From assembly GCA_035084275.1 (NCBI GenBank), contig CM068742.1:101742001-101806000 (forward strand): a stretch of DNA of 64,000 nucleotides, given 5' to 3'. The position numbers and the translations under genes are program-made. Under the pieces are notes generated by a model. That model did not search any database. It worked only from the letters and a program-made list of their open reading frames with translations, and had not been told where the DNA came from. The stretch is from Hydrolagus colliei. Taxonomy: Eukaryota. Position 1 is the stretch's first letter. Each line of letters opens with the position of its first letter. This document shows, piece by piece, positions 13,460 through 27,000 of the stretch.

Positions 13460-14486
13460 AGTGAGCAGTGGTGTGCCACAGGGATCGGTTTTGGGACCAT
13501 TGCTCTTTGTAATCTACATCAATGATCTGGACTTGGGTGTAGGGAGTACAGTTTCCAAGTTTGCAGATGACACTAAGTTAGGGAGAATAGTAAATAGTGA
13601 GGAGGATAGTAGCCATCTGCAAGAGGATATAGACAAATTGGTAAAGTGGGCAGACACATGGCAGATGAAGTTTAATGCAGAGAAGTGTGAGGTGATGCAT
13701 TTTGAGAGAAGAAATGAAGGGAGGCAATATAGGCTAGATAGTACAATTTTAAATGGTGTGAAGGAACAGAGAGACCTGGGGATTTGTGTTAGTGACTCGT
13801 TGAAGGTGGCAGGACAGGTAGACAAGGCTGTTAAGAAGGCATATGGGATACTAGGCTTTATAAATAGGGGTATAGAATACAAAAGTCAGGAAGTGCTGAC
13901 TAACCTCTATAGGACTTTGGTGAGGCCTCAGCTGGAATACTGTGTTCAATTCTGGTCACCACACTACAGAAAGGATGTGAAGACATTGGAAAGGGTACAA
14001 AGAAGATTTACGAGGATGGTGCCAGGATTGAGGGACTTCAGCTATGAGGAGAGGCTAGATAGGCTAGGGTTATTCTCTCTGGAGCAGAGAAGATTGAGGG
14101 GAGACCTAATAGAGGTTTATAAGATCATGAGGGGTTTCGACAGGGCAAATAGAGAAAAACTATTTCCACTCGTGGGCGAATCTGTGACTCGTGGTCACAG
14201 ATTTAAAATAGTTTCAAGGCGAAGTAGAGGGGAGCTGAGGAGAAATGTTTTCACTCAGCGAGTTGTTCGAATCTGGAATGCATTGCCTGAAAAGGTGGTG
14301 GAGGCTGATTCGATAACAACTTTTAAAAGGGAATTAGATCTTTATTTAGGGAGAACAGGTCTATTAGGCTATGGGGAGCAGGCAGGGCAGTGGGATTGAA
14401 TCGTTCTTTTCAAAGAGCCGGCACAGACTAGATGGGCCGAATGGCCTCCTTTTGTGCCGTAAAATTCTTTGAATCTATAATCTATA
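13460..14486 (+). mobile_element. CR1 LINE, 5'-truncated, uninterrupted C-terminal ORF2 (reverse transcriptase) plus 3' UTR
   Basis: ORF 13425-14399 carries SGVPQGSVLGPLLF, KFADDTKL and LVRPQLEYCVQFW. 3' UTR gatgggccgaatggcctcct ends in a short (aatctat)n-like tail. Confidence 0.95.
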
Positions 14487-14632
14487 TCAAGTATGAATAT
14501 GGATACACAGAAATAAGATCATTTTCATTGCACGGTTATCGATGATCAAGAGAAGTGAAACATAACAATGTCTTTTTTTTTAAATGTTGCATAAGTATTT
14601 TAAATTAACTGCGCTAAAGTTAAAGTGCAATA

Positions 14633-15610
14633 CAGGTAGAGCCCGCTTACCGAATGCCCGATTAACGAAACTTCACTATAATGAGTGTTTCTATTTGTAC
14701 CACTTCTCCGCTTAGCAAAGGTTGCTTTCGCTATAACAAATGTTTACACACACTTTAAATCTCGCGGGCTTCTTGTGCACAGCTTTTCATGTGCAGCTTC
14801 TCTCTGGTTGCCCCAGCAACGCACACTCAGTCTTTAGCGTGCCTCAGTTAAGCAGTGCAGTGCAGCCCCTCCCATATGGGAGGATCTTAAGCGGCAGGAT
14901 GCTTTGTGGCTTCAATAATAGTAAGTCGAGATGGGGGTGGGGTGTGGATAGAGAGATAGAGGGGAGATAAAGAGATAGGGAGATAGAGAGGGAGGGGAAG
15001 GGGGATAGAGGGGAGGGGGGATAGAAAGGAGGGGGGGATAGAGAGATAGAGAGGAGGGTGGGATAGAGAGGGAGGGAAGGGGGGAATGGAGAGGGAGGGG
15101 AGGGGGGTATAGAGAGATAGAGATGGAGGGGGGGATAGAGATAGAGAGTGGGGGTAGAGAGAAAGAGAGGAGGGTGGGGGTAGAGAGAAAGAGAGTTGGG
15201 GGGGGGGGAGTAGAGAGAAAGAGAAGAGGGAGGGTGGGGAGTAGAGAAAGAGGGGAGGAGGAGGAAGAAAGAAGCGCATTCCGAGTCCGAAAATGCCTGT
15301 GCCCAGGTTGTGATATTTCAGTGCTGTGACTGTGAAGACCTGGCCTAGAGCAGGTAGGATTGGCGTTTTTATTCCTGCAATTTTTGTCACATTCCAGATT
15401 CCGGAACTCCGGACTTTTGGCTGCTCAATTGAAAATGTTAGCGCTAGGAACCGCTAGGAACTAAACTGATTTTAGCGGGGAGGCTCGGGTCGGGGCGGCG
15501 TTTTGGCTTCTGCCAAATACAGTAATACAATTAAGCTCTCGCTTAATGAAATTTTCGCTTAACGAAGGGTTTTAAAATCCCTAACCCCTTCGTTAAGTGG
15601 GGTCTACCTG
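14633..15610. mobile_element. Non-autonomous Tc1/mariner (Tigger/pogo-like) element
   Basis: TIRs CAGGTAGAGCCCGCTTACCGAA and (reverse complement) CAGGTAGACCCCACTTAACGAA. Left flank TA, right flank TG. Subterminal CGCTTAACGAA repeats; GA-rich core about 14935-15272. Confidence 0.85.
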
Positions 15611-15906
15611 TGCTGTATTAGTCTTAAATATTACAGTGGGATTTCATTTAAAGATTCAACATTGTCATCATACTTTGTACGTCTATCAAATACTGTAAAG
15701 CACAGCCTACAACAACGTGTAATTATGTAGCATTTTGATGTGACATAACATCTTCGAACACTTACCTTTGTATGACGTATCACGGTGAGTTCAGGTTTGG
15801 AGACTAAGACCTCATCAGCGGTTTCAAGTCACAAATGCATAGAACACCTCCAAAGCACCACCCTCAAGTGCAATAATTAAACTCACAAGCATTTTGATAG
15901 CAATAT

Positions 15907-15912
15907 TTTAAT
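15907..15912 (-). terminator. Candidate pgm5 poly(A) signal (ATTAAA variant)
   Basis: ATTAAA on the minus strand about 455 nt after the stop codon, followed by a GT-rich stretch. A second ATTAAA lies at 16218-16223. No transcript data available. Confidence 0.25.
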
Positions 15913-16365
15913 AATACTTGAAAAAAAATGAACAAGTTGAAAGTACTTGACCATTTAAATCATTAACAATGGCTTACAATTGTTTGGCTTACGTAAAAAT
16001 GGCTTACAATTATAATTGTACAAAACCACAAGTGACTACACTGAAAGTAAAATGTAAATGTCACTGACCAACACACAGTCCTCTTATATAGGAATTGGTA
16101 ACTCAAACACATCATGCAGGAATAACACAGTGGTTCTTTGTAAAATACATAAGTATGGTTAACATAAACACATAAAAAGCAAAAGTTGGGTAACCTTGTA
16201 ATTTTACAAATTGTTTGTTTAATTTTCCCTTTTTTTCACATTTTCTTCATCCAGAAGGAAGGAAGATGTAACAGTACAGGCGGCTGATGTGAACATCTCA
16301 AGCTGAACGTCAACAGAAAGAAAATAACATCTCTCTTGGCCCCTTGTGAGTGCACATTGGTGAGC

Positions 16366-16455
16366 TCAGGTAATGATTGTAGGTCCTCTACGCGCCGTCC
16401 GGTCATGAATCTGTGAAATCTTGAGTGCGATGGCTATGAGTGGGCCGAGCACCAC
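16366..16455 (-). CDS. pgm5: Phosphoglucomutase 5, terminal coding exon (90 bp including TGA); absent from the ORF track
   Basis: Translated by hand: [29 protein letters not shown], close to the PGM5 C-terminus ([24 protein letters not shown] as recalled). Acceptor ccttcttccacag. Confidence 0.96.
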   Translation of the reverse strand: MVLGPLIAIALKISQIHDRTARRGPTIIT

Positions 16456-17129
16456 CTGTGGAAGAAGGACAAAGCTGTTATCCCAAATCACAAGGGTCCA
16501 CAAAAAGCATCTCTTGAACTATGTCAGCAAATTGGAGATGGTCAACAACAACAGCGCTGAGAGTGGAGCTGGAGTGAATTGTGTGGTACAGGTTTTCTGA
16601 AGTAGAACTATGGGCAGCACACAGTAACCGAGCACTGCTCAGCTCATTCACCACATGTTAAAGTGTGTACTTTCTAGTGTAAAAGGGCAAAAAAAAGAAT
16701 CACGAAAAACCATCAAATGCTTCACAAGTCCTTTTGTTTTCCTTCTGTTGTGGTGATTTTTGGTGATCTGGACTACCATTGTTGTTGGCTATAAAGACAA
16801 TTTAAATAGCTGCTCCTGTTATCAAAACACTTTGCTGGAGCAGCAATTTGCTTACAACACGCTCCTGTGACCTGCAGTCATGGGAAGTGATGTCAGTAGA
16901 GACCTGATGGAGGTTATGTGTTTGATAGCCATATGTTTAGTATCTATAACACTGCATTTTAATGGGATTCATCCTGTAAGTTCTGTAGTTGAGCCACACC
17001 CCAATGTCTCAGTGGGAGAATGGGCTTCCCTGTGTGAGATATACAGAAAATAAATACCCTGATTTGTCATACAAGGGCAAAACATTAACCAGAAAATAGC
17101 TTTGTTGGCCAACCATGAAATTTAATTTA

Positions 17130-17825
17130 CCGTATATCTCCGCGTATAAGGCGCACTTTTTTTGAGGTCGGAAGATCTCGAAAGTAGGGGGTGCGCCCTA
17201 TACGCAGGTACAAGCAATTTTGAGCCTCGGGGATACAGTAAACAGGGGGGGCGGCCGGCGCGCTGTCAGCCGGGGTTTGGTCAGTGTCCGGCGGGGGTTG
17301 GGAGGAGCGGGTGACGGGGCTTCGGCCTCGGCCGCCCGGGCAGCGGCAGCAGCAGCGGACTTCAGTGCTGTGCTTACCTTCTGCCGAACCCAGTCTGCCT
17401 GCCTCACTCCCTGCCGCTCTCTCTCCCTCCCTCCCTGCCTGCGTCCCTCCCTGCCGCTCTCCCTCCCTCCCTGCCTCTCCCTCTCTCTCTCCCGGGCTGC
17501 CGGCCTGCCTCTCTCCCTCTCTCTCTCCCGGGCTGCCGCTCTCCCTCTCTCTCTCCCGGGCTGCCGCTCTCCCTCTCTCTCTCCCGGGCTGCCAACCTGC
17601 CGCTCTCCCTCCCTCCCTCCCTCCCGGGCTGCCAGCCTGCCGCTCTCCCTCCCTCCCTCCCTGCCTGCGTGCCTGCCTCTCTCCCTACCTACCTGTCTCT
17701 CCTGTCTCTCCTCCCTGCTGCCGGCAATATCATTGAAAATGCTTCCGTTTTTTTTCACCAAGAAAAGGTCAAAAACGGGGGGTGCGCCTTATACGCGGGT
17801 GCGCCTTATACGCAGAGATATACAG
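17130..17825. mobile_element. Non-autonomous Tc2/mariner-like MITE
   Basis: 27-bp TIRs CCGTATATCTCCGCGTATAAGGCGCAC and CTGTATATCTCTGCGTATAAGGCGCAC (2 mismatches). TA target duplication on both sides; CT-rich internal minisatellite. Confidence 0.92.
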
Positions 17826-17956
17826 TAACTATTCAGGCTCAAGCCAGAAGTTGCAATTAGTTCAATGACTCTAGTTATAATAATCCATCCATTTGATACG
17901 GTTCCTTATCACGCCATCAAAATGTCTCAAAGCGCTTTACATGATCTATTGTATAT

Positions 17957-18792
17957 AACAACAACAACAAAATTACATTTGTATAGTGTTTGTCATGTTG
18001 GGAGGATAATCCAAGGCACCGGACAGACAGTATTTTGGACCCGAGCTGGGAGTTGGGATTGGGGAGGGTGTAAGGCAGGGTGGGGAAGGAAGTCTCAATG
18101 AAAGCACAGTCAAAGAGGAGGGCCATGAGGTGAGTCTTGAAGGAGGCAAGGGATGGCACGAGGCAGAGGGACTGTGGGATGGAGCTCCAGAGGGTGGAGG
18201 CAGAGTGACTGAAGGCCCGCCCGCTAATGGTGGAGCAGGCAAGGCAGGGGATATGAAATAGGGCTGAGCCCGCTGAGAGGGCAGAGTGAATAGGTTAGTA
18301 TGTTACAGAGGTAGGGGGGGAGCGAGGCCATGGAGGGCTTTGAAGAGGACTAGGATCTTGAACTGTATCCTCTGTGATGGGAAGCCAGTGGAGTCGGACG
18401 ATGGTGGGGGTGATAGGGTCACAGAGCCTCATGTGGGAGAGGGCAGGGACTGCAGAGTTCTGGATGATCTGCAGGCTGTGGAGTGAAGAGTTGGGGAGGC
18501 CATTAAACAGGGAGTTTGCATATTCAAACCTGAATGTTATGAATACATGGATGAGAGTTTTGATGGCCAGAGTGCGAGTCAGTGGCGGAGTCAGGCAATG
18601 TTACGGAGGTGAGGGTAGGCAGAGCAGGTCACGGCACGGATGTGGGTCAGAAAAAATAGATGAAGGTCAAACAAGACACCAAAGTTCCTGACTGGCTTTA
18701 GTGAGATGTGCATCCATGGATGGTGATGCTGTCAGTGCCTGAAGTGTGGAGGCGATGACTGGAACCAATTAGGAGGGCCTCAGTCTTGTTGA
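17957..18792 (-). mobile_element. L2 3' fragment
   Basis: NKTEALLIGS remnant, L2 C-terminal similarity and (TTG)n tail. Confidence 0.85.
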
Positions 18793-20289
18793 CAATGTTT
18801 AAAGCAATCAGTAAACCTGGATCCAATTGGTACTGTGCTTTGCTAGAGCCAGGTGGCACTGAACCAGCACCCAGGATGAGCTGAAACGACATTCAACAAT
18901 CAACAAAAAGGAGCCACTTGACCCTGTAACATAGATCACCAGAGGTGCCCAATGGCTGGGGAGGCAGAGACTATAAATGTGCTCAGAACAAGGATTCCTT
19001 TGGAAAAGTTACACAATGTATCTTTATCTAGGTAAATGGACATGGATGAGACTTGGAGCATCAAGTTGATCATAGCTCCCTTTCACAAAGATAATGAGAA
19101 ATCCCCTGATGGTGGAATCCATTTGGTCAATTTGATCTCAATCTTTCGCCTTCAAATAGGTGGTAACATACACTTACTAAACAATTATTTTTCTGAAGGC
19201 ATGCTACATAAGTGCCAATCCCTAAATAGCATGTCTCACAATCTTGTCTGTATTTCTCATGACACAATGCACCAAAAACAGCTGTTATACACTCTGCCGT
19301 GTTGGGAATATGTCAGGTGATGTGCTTATACTGTACTGCTACTCATGTAAGAAAATTAATGGGAAGTCTGATTGAACCAAAGTTTGGTGTGTTTAAAAAT
19401 TTTCATTTGCGATACATGCAGCTTATTATATTTTTCTCTATTTGAGACATGAATCAAGAGTGTCTCCTTGTGGTACGTTAGCTGTAACTGCAAGCCCAAA
19501 TGAGTTGCATTGTTCGGCAGTACAGTCCATGTTACTCATACAAGTGCTCAGTACTCATGTAACCATGAACCCCATGACTAGCCAATATTAATCTCACCCC
19601 TTGGGTTTGAACAGAAGGCATGACTTGAAATACAGTATAATAATGTAGAGGTAAGGCAAGAAGGTGGTAGTGACAGTAAGCTATGGCTGACCCACGATTA
19701 ATTGGACATTTTATATTTACTCAGGAAAGCTCACACTGGCCACATTAAGAGAGACATGAGCGGCATATTGTGTGTTGCCACATGTCTAGCTTTTGTGGTC
19801 ACTAGCTAGAGTTACAACAAAATTACATTTATAGAGCGCATTTCACGTTGGGAGGACGTCCCAAGAGTTAAGGCAGAGGCGAACAACATTTGCTGTTTAC
19901 ACCATTCTGCCCCTATTCTCTGGAATTCCCCCCTCCCTCCCTCCCTCCCTCCATCCATCCATCGCTCAATCCCGCAAATCCACCGTAAGATCTACTTTAT
20001 TGAACGCTTGCTGTGTGCCTTTTTACTGTGAGTACATGTGACGTATAATTTAGTTGCTTAGTGCGAATCGAGGAGTGCACGAGGGTTTATTTAAATCACT
20101 GAACATTTTAGATAAATAATAAAGTGATTTTTGCAAAAAGGAAAACAATGGGACTGTAACTAAAGCTGTTTTAAATAAACAAATGGATATGTTTTATTTA
20201 TTTCAGCTACTCATATTTTCCTCTCTTACTCCTCACAACCACCATTAACTGCAAGAAGAGATGGCATGGATAGCATCTGATCTTAGTTA

Positions 20290-20680
20290 TTGGAAGATAT
20301 AAAACAGTTCAGTTGGAGTGAGATGAATTTTTGGAAATGCTTTGAAAGTGAAAAGGGAGGGGCATCATGGAGAGATTTAGGAGAGAGTTCCAGAGAGCCA
20401 AGCCATGAGCTGAAGACTTGATCACTGATTGTGAGCAGGTGATGAGAAGAAGAGCTGGGTGGGCAAGTGTGGAAGGAATGTGCTGGGGAGTTAAGACAGG
20501 AGGAAATCAAATAGTGGGACAAGGCCATGAAGGCATTATAAAAGTCAGGGTGAGGATTTAAAATCAATTGTTTCAGGAACAGGGAGCCAGCGGAGTCCAG
20601 CAGAGATGGAAGTTATGAGTTTGGGATCCTGATTCTGGGAAATTATAGGAGCTATGAAGTTTTGGGTGAATAGGCACTTG
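20290..20680 (-). mobile_element. Old L2 fragment
   Basis: Degenerate similarity to the L2 C-terminal region of the 37781 copy. Confidence 0.6.
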
Positions 20681-21947
20681 TGGTGGACAAAACAAACGCT
20701 GAAATAGAATTTAAATAATACCAAGCTTGCTTGATGATTTTGCCTCCCTCTAGTGGGGAAACAAAAGGTAATTTTACTTATTGGGAGTGAAAAATTGTGG
20801 TCCTGTCCAACTATTCAGGTGAGGTTTAATGATCTCATGACACTCAAACTCCCAATGACTTCATTGGAATTAATGGAATGGAAGAGTTTCTGCTCTTGTA
20901 TTGTAATATTTATCATCTGCGCCTGTGATATAATACTTATGATGTCAAAAAGTCTCAAAACGCTACACAGGTTGAATTTGGTAACTCTTTCTGAACGTTA
21001 GTTTTGCCACAGCAAAATCCCATTTATAATCCTTGCATTTGATATAGCGTTTTTCACGACTGCTAGACGTCTCAAAGCACTTAACAGCCAAGAAGAGAAT
21101 GACCAATCTACAGTTCACCTGGCATATTCCTAAATTATTCAAGTGCATAAAACAAGGGAGTACAAAAAGGAAATGTAAAAAGAGATACAAATTTTTCAAA
21201 ACGAGATGCAAATTTAGTACCATAATTTATTGTTACTACTAAGTACAGTAGATCTCCCTTAGAACCTGGCATGGATGGGTGGGAATCCAAAACATCCTAA
21301 AGTATCACTTGACTGGTATGCAGAAAGTCACTTGGCTTCCCAAGGTAAAAAAAAATGGTTGTCTTCGAGGTCACTTCACTTTGTTTCCACAGCTTGGTGT
21401 ACAGAAATTGTAAATCAATGAAGAATAAGAGAGAAATGTACAGGAGGGGAAGGAGAGCACCGAGGTACATGAGGCCAAGCTCAAAGCGTCACATTTCAAA
21501 AGGAGATTCCAACTCATCAAATGGAAGGAACTTTAAAAATGTTTCTCCAGCACTGTGCCAGTGTCTGAGCAGACTATACTGGAGCCATCTATTTTGGGAT
21601 GATTAAACAGCTATCTATTCAGAACATGCACTAAGGCTGCACCAACAAATCACTTTTAAAGGTGCAATTCATCCACGATAAAGTGTTGGCAAATTTGTGT
21701 TTAAAGCCTGCCTAAAAATGGGCAACAAGATCCAACAACAACAAATTACATTTGTATATAATGCTTTTCATTTGAGTCCCAAGGCGCTGGACAGTCAAGG
21801 ATTTGCATGGATGCAATAAATTGCCCTTTGAAATGTTCCAGCCCACCAAGTGTGTCTTGACATTGTCCAGTCTTCCAGTAGGAGGCAGATAGATCAGGTA
21901 TATCAATTATCCGGCTATCCTAGTCCAGTGGATGTCACCGAATCACA

Positions 21948-22745
21948 GAATGTGGCAGTACAGAAACAGGCTATTTGGTCCATCAAGTTTGACGAGGTAA
22001 GGTCCTTATCCGATTTTATCCTTCCAGCATATCATCCCCCATCAGTGCATCAAGTTGCTTTCTAAATTAGTCCAGTGCTATGGCCTCTACCAATTTTGCT
22101 GTCCATCTGTTCCAATCATTGATAACCCACTGTGTAAAGAGAAATGTTCTGGTGTCTGCCCTAAATTTGCCCTTTACAACTCTAATCATATGTCCTCTTG
22201 TTCTATTGTTATGATACATCCTAAAATATTGGTCTGGGTTTACTTTTTCAATCCCATTTAAAATTCTGTACACCTCTAGGAGATGCCCTCGGAGTTGTTT
22301 CTCTCAAGACTGAAGAGCTTGTCTAGTTGTTCATAGCTCATTCCTCTAACATCCGTGTTGCTCTCCTCTGCACTGTCTCTAGGGCTTGGATAGCTCTCTT
22401 ATGTTACTGTGACCAGAGCTGTACACAGTATTCAAGGTGTGGTCTGGTCTGACCAGAGCACTGTACAGACTGAATGCAACATCTTGAGATCTACTCACCT
22501 GATTTTGCAACATAGCCCTGCTTGCCTTGTTTATTGCTGCCTCACATTGTTTTGACATATTCAGCAACAAGTCAATGAACAACCTGGTTGTAAAGTTCAA
22601 TCTCATTAATGAAGTACTTATGTTTGCCATTCTTGGATCCTATCTGTAGTACCTTGGATTGATCAGTAGTACACATTTGACAGTTAACAACCCATGTGCA
22701 AAGCCTACAAAGCTCTCTTTGTAGGAACTTTCCTGCTTCCTCTAA
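21948..22745 (-). mobile_element. Degenerate CR1 3' fragment
   Basis: Remnants LYSALVRP, YRILNGIEKVNP and RTRGH...FFTQ.VINDWN, with a CR1-like 3' end. Confidence 0.8.
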
Positions 22746-23405
22746 TTCCACAGTTCCCCACAACTGGGTAAAGTATTGTGTGCAAATTTATCTGTCTTAC
22801 ACTGCGTTTGCGAATCCAAGCCACTGATATAATAATAATCTTTCATTTGATGTAGCTCCTTTAGACATCTTCTAGACATCTCAAAGCAATTCCCAGAATA
22901 TACTGTGAATTGACTGTAGAGTGAATTGACTGTATATTTTGTGGGCAAAACACGGCAGCCAGTAGCGCATAACAGTGTCCCACGAATAGTCCTGGATTGA
23001 AGCGGCCAATTTATTATCGTTTTTTGGAAGGAATTATTATTGCCTGGAAAAGCAACCCGCCAATCGTCTACTTACTGCTAGATAAACAGAGTGGAGTAAG
23101 GAAACTTGCTCAACATTTTGCCCTACTGGGAATCTCGCTTGTCAGGTGAGTGCTCTAAACACTGAGCTGCATATAAATGAGTAACTATAAACCTGCTTGA
23201 TGGAAGTAGAATCTCAGATTAGTATCCAAACAGAAGTTCAAGGAGTCAGACTGAAACAGACCCAGGCACCTGCGAATTCACAAGTTACAAATCCTTTTAC
23301 CAATCTCATGAGTTACAGCCCAATAGTGAACGTTCCACTGGAAGACGTCATTCAGGCTATTCTCCCATGCAGTTCTGAGACACTCTGTTCTTCAATAGTT
23401 GTTAC

Positions 23406-23540
23406 CTGAGGCTCTCTGTCAATTTTGCTGGGGTCACGTTCATAGCATTCTGCATAGATCCTGATGGTGGATCCCGTGCTCCTGGTTCCACTCTGCCGAA
23501 AGATGAGTCTGGAGCCATCCGTGAGGATCATCCGCAGCCC
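23406..23540 (-). CDS. pgm5: Phosphoglucomutase 5, exon 10 equivalent (135 bp)
   Basis: Translates [45 protein letters not shown] (domain-4 phosphate-binding loop). Acceptor ctcttcctgcag, donor gtaaca. Confidence 0.96.
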
Positions 23541-23769
23541 CTGCAGGAAGAGAATAGGCAACAATTCTGTCACAAATCACCATAACTTGAAAAAGAAATA
23601 GCAAGGATAAAAATAATAATCCTTGCATTTGATATAGGACCTTATGGCATTTTGCCCACAAAATAAACTCAATTCAAATTACTTTATATTCTGTGAAGTG
23701 CTTTGAGAGGTAATCAAATGCTACATCAAATCCAAGAATTATTAATATCGTGTCATTGAAACATATCAA

Positions 23770-24060
23770 AACACTTTACAGGATACACGTTAAAGTGTGT
23801 ATTTTGTTGGCAAAACCAGCAACTAATTCGTGAAGTTAATGACCATTTTATTTCCTGGGAATTGTTAACCAGGACAAGTGGAAACACTCCTTTCTTTTCT
23901 CAAGTAGTGCCATGGGATCTGTAACATCCACCTGAACAGGGTCCTCAATTTAACATCTCACCCATAGGATGACAATTCTACAAAGCAGAACTCACCCTGC
24001 AGTGCACTGGAGTATCAGACAAGACTGTAAGCTTAAAGTCTTGGTATGGTAACTCCAACA
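23770..24060 (-). mobile_element. Old Deu-domain SINE (SacSINE1/AmnSINE1-like)
   Basis: GGTGGATGTTACAGATCCCATGGCACTACTTGAG...TGTCCTGG resembles the Deu core as recalled. Similar copies at about 12585-12900, 31740-31980, 54430-54630 and 57150-57350. Confidence 0.7.
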
Positions 24061-27000
24061 ATTCATCATATAAGAGGCATAATGAAAGGGCAAAGGAAAT
24101 GAGGCTAAATAGGTAGCTTTTTCAGAGGCCACAAGCATGTGCACAATGGGCTGAGTTACCTCCTTGTGTGCTGTAAAATTCTACGGTTATATCAAAGTGT
24201 TTTACTGGGATGGATAGTGCCGACCTGTGGCAAGGCCATATTTGACATTTAAACAGGAGGTGACAGCAGATGTCCTGATCGGCACATGACTGGAATTCCT
24301 TCAGTGTTCTGACACAGCTGAGAGTACATCAGACCCAGGAGCCAGGAGGAATCTTTCCAGATTCCCCTTACAAACAAAAGGACACCAACCACAGCAGTGG
24401 AAAGAACTGTAGAACCATAGAAATTTAGAGCACAAAAGAAGTCCATCATATCTGTGCTGGCTCAATCCATTCAGTCCCATATTGTTGCTCAATCACCCAC
24501 AATTTAACTCAAACATTTTCCTGACAACATTCCACTAAAAGTCCACCACCGCCCCCCCCCCCTCCACCCCACTCCACACTCTCCCCTCCACTTTCCCTCC
24601 CAGCTTCTGTTTGAACTTCAGTCCCTCAATACCACCCCAGCTCAGATTCCACTTTCGATCTAGAAGTTGAGAGACAGAGGAGTATGAGAGTGTAATGGAG
24701 TGGTTGGGCCTGATCATATACAATTAAGCTTTCCCATCCCTTACAACCCTGTGTTTCTTTGCCCTGGTTCCTTCTTTCACTCTGTTTCATGTTTCCTGCA
24801 CACACTCACAGCGCATGTTTTTGTGCGACTTTAAATGTAAAGTCATGTTCCTCCAAAATGCAGGGCTGTGAGGTTCATTCACAGATGGGTACACAAGATA
24901 GAGTTTGCCTAGTTGCATTTTGCATTTGAGAGATCAACTGCAGGGAGCACCACTGACTCAGAGTAAGAACACCTCTAGCAGACATCCTTCTGGTTAGGTC
25001 AGCTAAACACTGTGTCTGGGCTGGCAGCTACTGGTCTTTGATCTGTCATGACCCACTCAGTTCTTGGTACTTTTTATGTGGCTAAAATAAGTACAGTACA
25101 GTGTCTATGAATATCTTCCCTTTGGTAAGTGAAGTAAGTTGTATTTTCCTGGGAATAAAAAAATCTGGCATGCTCTCAGCAATTTAAGGCCGATTTAGAG
25201 ATGTAGACATGCATGCAAGTGAAAGCCCCCATGGGTAGGATGTTCCATGCAACACATAGGGAAATGTCCTTATATCTGAAATAAAATTAACACTCTCTGC
25301 CTGGAGGGACATACTCTGTTTCACTTATTCCAGAAAGGATAGGCATTGGATGATGAGAGCCAAGTTTGTAGACCCAAGAATGTGGGTTAGGGTACCTCTG
25401 GAGCTTTAACCAGTGAAAATCACATAGCTATTTTTTTTTAGGGAATGTTATCCCGGAAAAGCAGACCACAAATCAATTAACAACCTGGTTCCTACTCACC
25501 GCTAGGTAAATAGAGGCGTGTGGAGTAAGGAAACTAGCTTAAGATATTGCCACTGCCTGGCAAGTTTTGCAATACTTGTCCAAGTAGGACCACCCTACTC
25601 ATTGGTACATTAGTTTGTTGGGTTAAACGGAGCATAAATATAAGGGCATGAATCAGTGAGTTACCAATAACCAGAGTAATGCACTCTTGTACAGATGTAA
25701 GGTTGGGTCACAAGGTTTTAAGAAAAAAATACGCTCCTGAGGTTTATTCAAACTGAAATAGATATACGGTAAGCAAGGCTCCAATTATACAGGTAAAAAA
25801 GAAATAAGTCTGCATGTGGATTCACTCTATATATAAGGAATGTAGGATCATAGAAAGATTGTAGGCACACAGAAACAGGCTATTCAGACCATGGTGTCTG
25901 CACTGGTTTAAACTTCCCCATTCGAGTTATCTACAAAAAGAATGAGTTTGTGTGCCATTAAAAACACACAGCACGAAATCCACAAGAGAGCGAGAGCTCT
26001 GTGCCAAAACACATGAAACATTCTGACAGAAATATGGACAACTGAACATAAAATACATTGCATGGGAAGACAGAAAGCACCATTTAGGGTTAGCTCTGCT
26101 ACAGGGCCACTGTGCTGGGTTCCAGATTGCTTTTAAAGCTATACAGTATTCCGGGATATCCATTGTAACTCACACCACTCTGAGGCGTGCACCTCATCAG
26201 AACACACAGAAATACTTGGCTGCCAAAGACCTTACATACAGGGAAGTGGTGTCATAGATGTAGTTTTACTTACTCTCCAGGGAACTGAGTTTTTTGCTTA
26301 AGGTACAGGAAATAAACCTGACAAACAGTGTGAGAGAGAAGAAGACACTGCAGAGAGCCATCAGTTATGAGTGAGGAAGGAAGGATTTTACTTGAAAATC
26401 GCTGAGCTTTCTCTGAAATGTTCACCGAAATATGTCAACATTCATCTCTGCTTTATTTTGAAATAAGCAGAAATGATACTTGCTGCTCTGCGAATTAAAA
26501 TACCTTGAAGAAACAATGATTAAAGTGAAATAGAACAGAAGGAGATTTGGGGACAAGTTTATATTAAAAACTCTTTTCAAAACAATGGGATAAAACTGCA
26601 ATCACTGAACTAACTTCACTGTCTGCTTTGTGACTGAAATTGGAAGGCTGGCCAACATTGCTGTTGCACATTTACTTGGATGCAACAACAAGTTGTATTT
26701 GTATAGCTTCACTTGGGTCTCGGAGCACTTAACAAAAGGATTTGTGGATGTATTCATGAAGGGAAGGGAATGGAAGGGAGCAATGATGGAAATGGAGCAC
26801 TCTCCTGTTTGTTTTCCATCAATGACAAGTGGGCTATGGTTTGGTGCAGCACAGGGTGGCGTGTTCCACAGCCAATCTCACTCTACTCTCTGAGCTTCAA
26901 AGTATCATCAGGACTGACAATAGTGTGCTGATATGGTGCCTTATCACGTCATCATGAGATGTCTTAAAGTGATTCACAGAATATATTGTAAAGTGAATTG

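Noticed and set aside
14887-15390. 167-aa Pro/Ser/Leu-rich ORF
   Set aside because: Translation of the GA-rich core of a Tigger-like element.
16809-16846. 8-bp stem GCTGCTCC...GGAGCAGC upstream of the last exon
   Set aside because: Short enough to occur by chance in 64 kb; no supporting context.
17198-17828. Overlapping 150-202 aa ORFs and an apparent CpG island or promoter
   Set aside because: Low-complexity translations of the CT/GA core of a TIR- and TA-bounded MITE.
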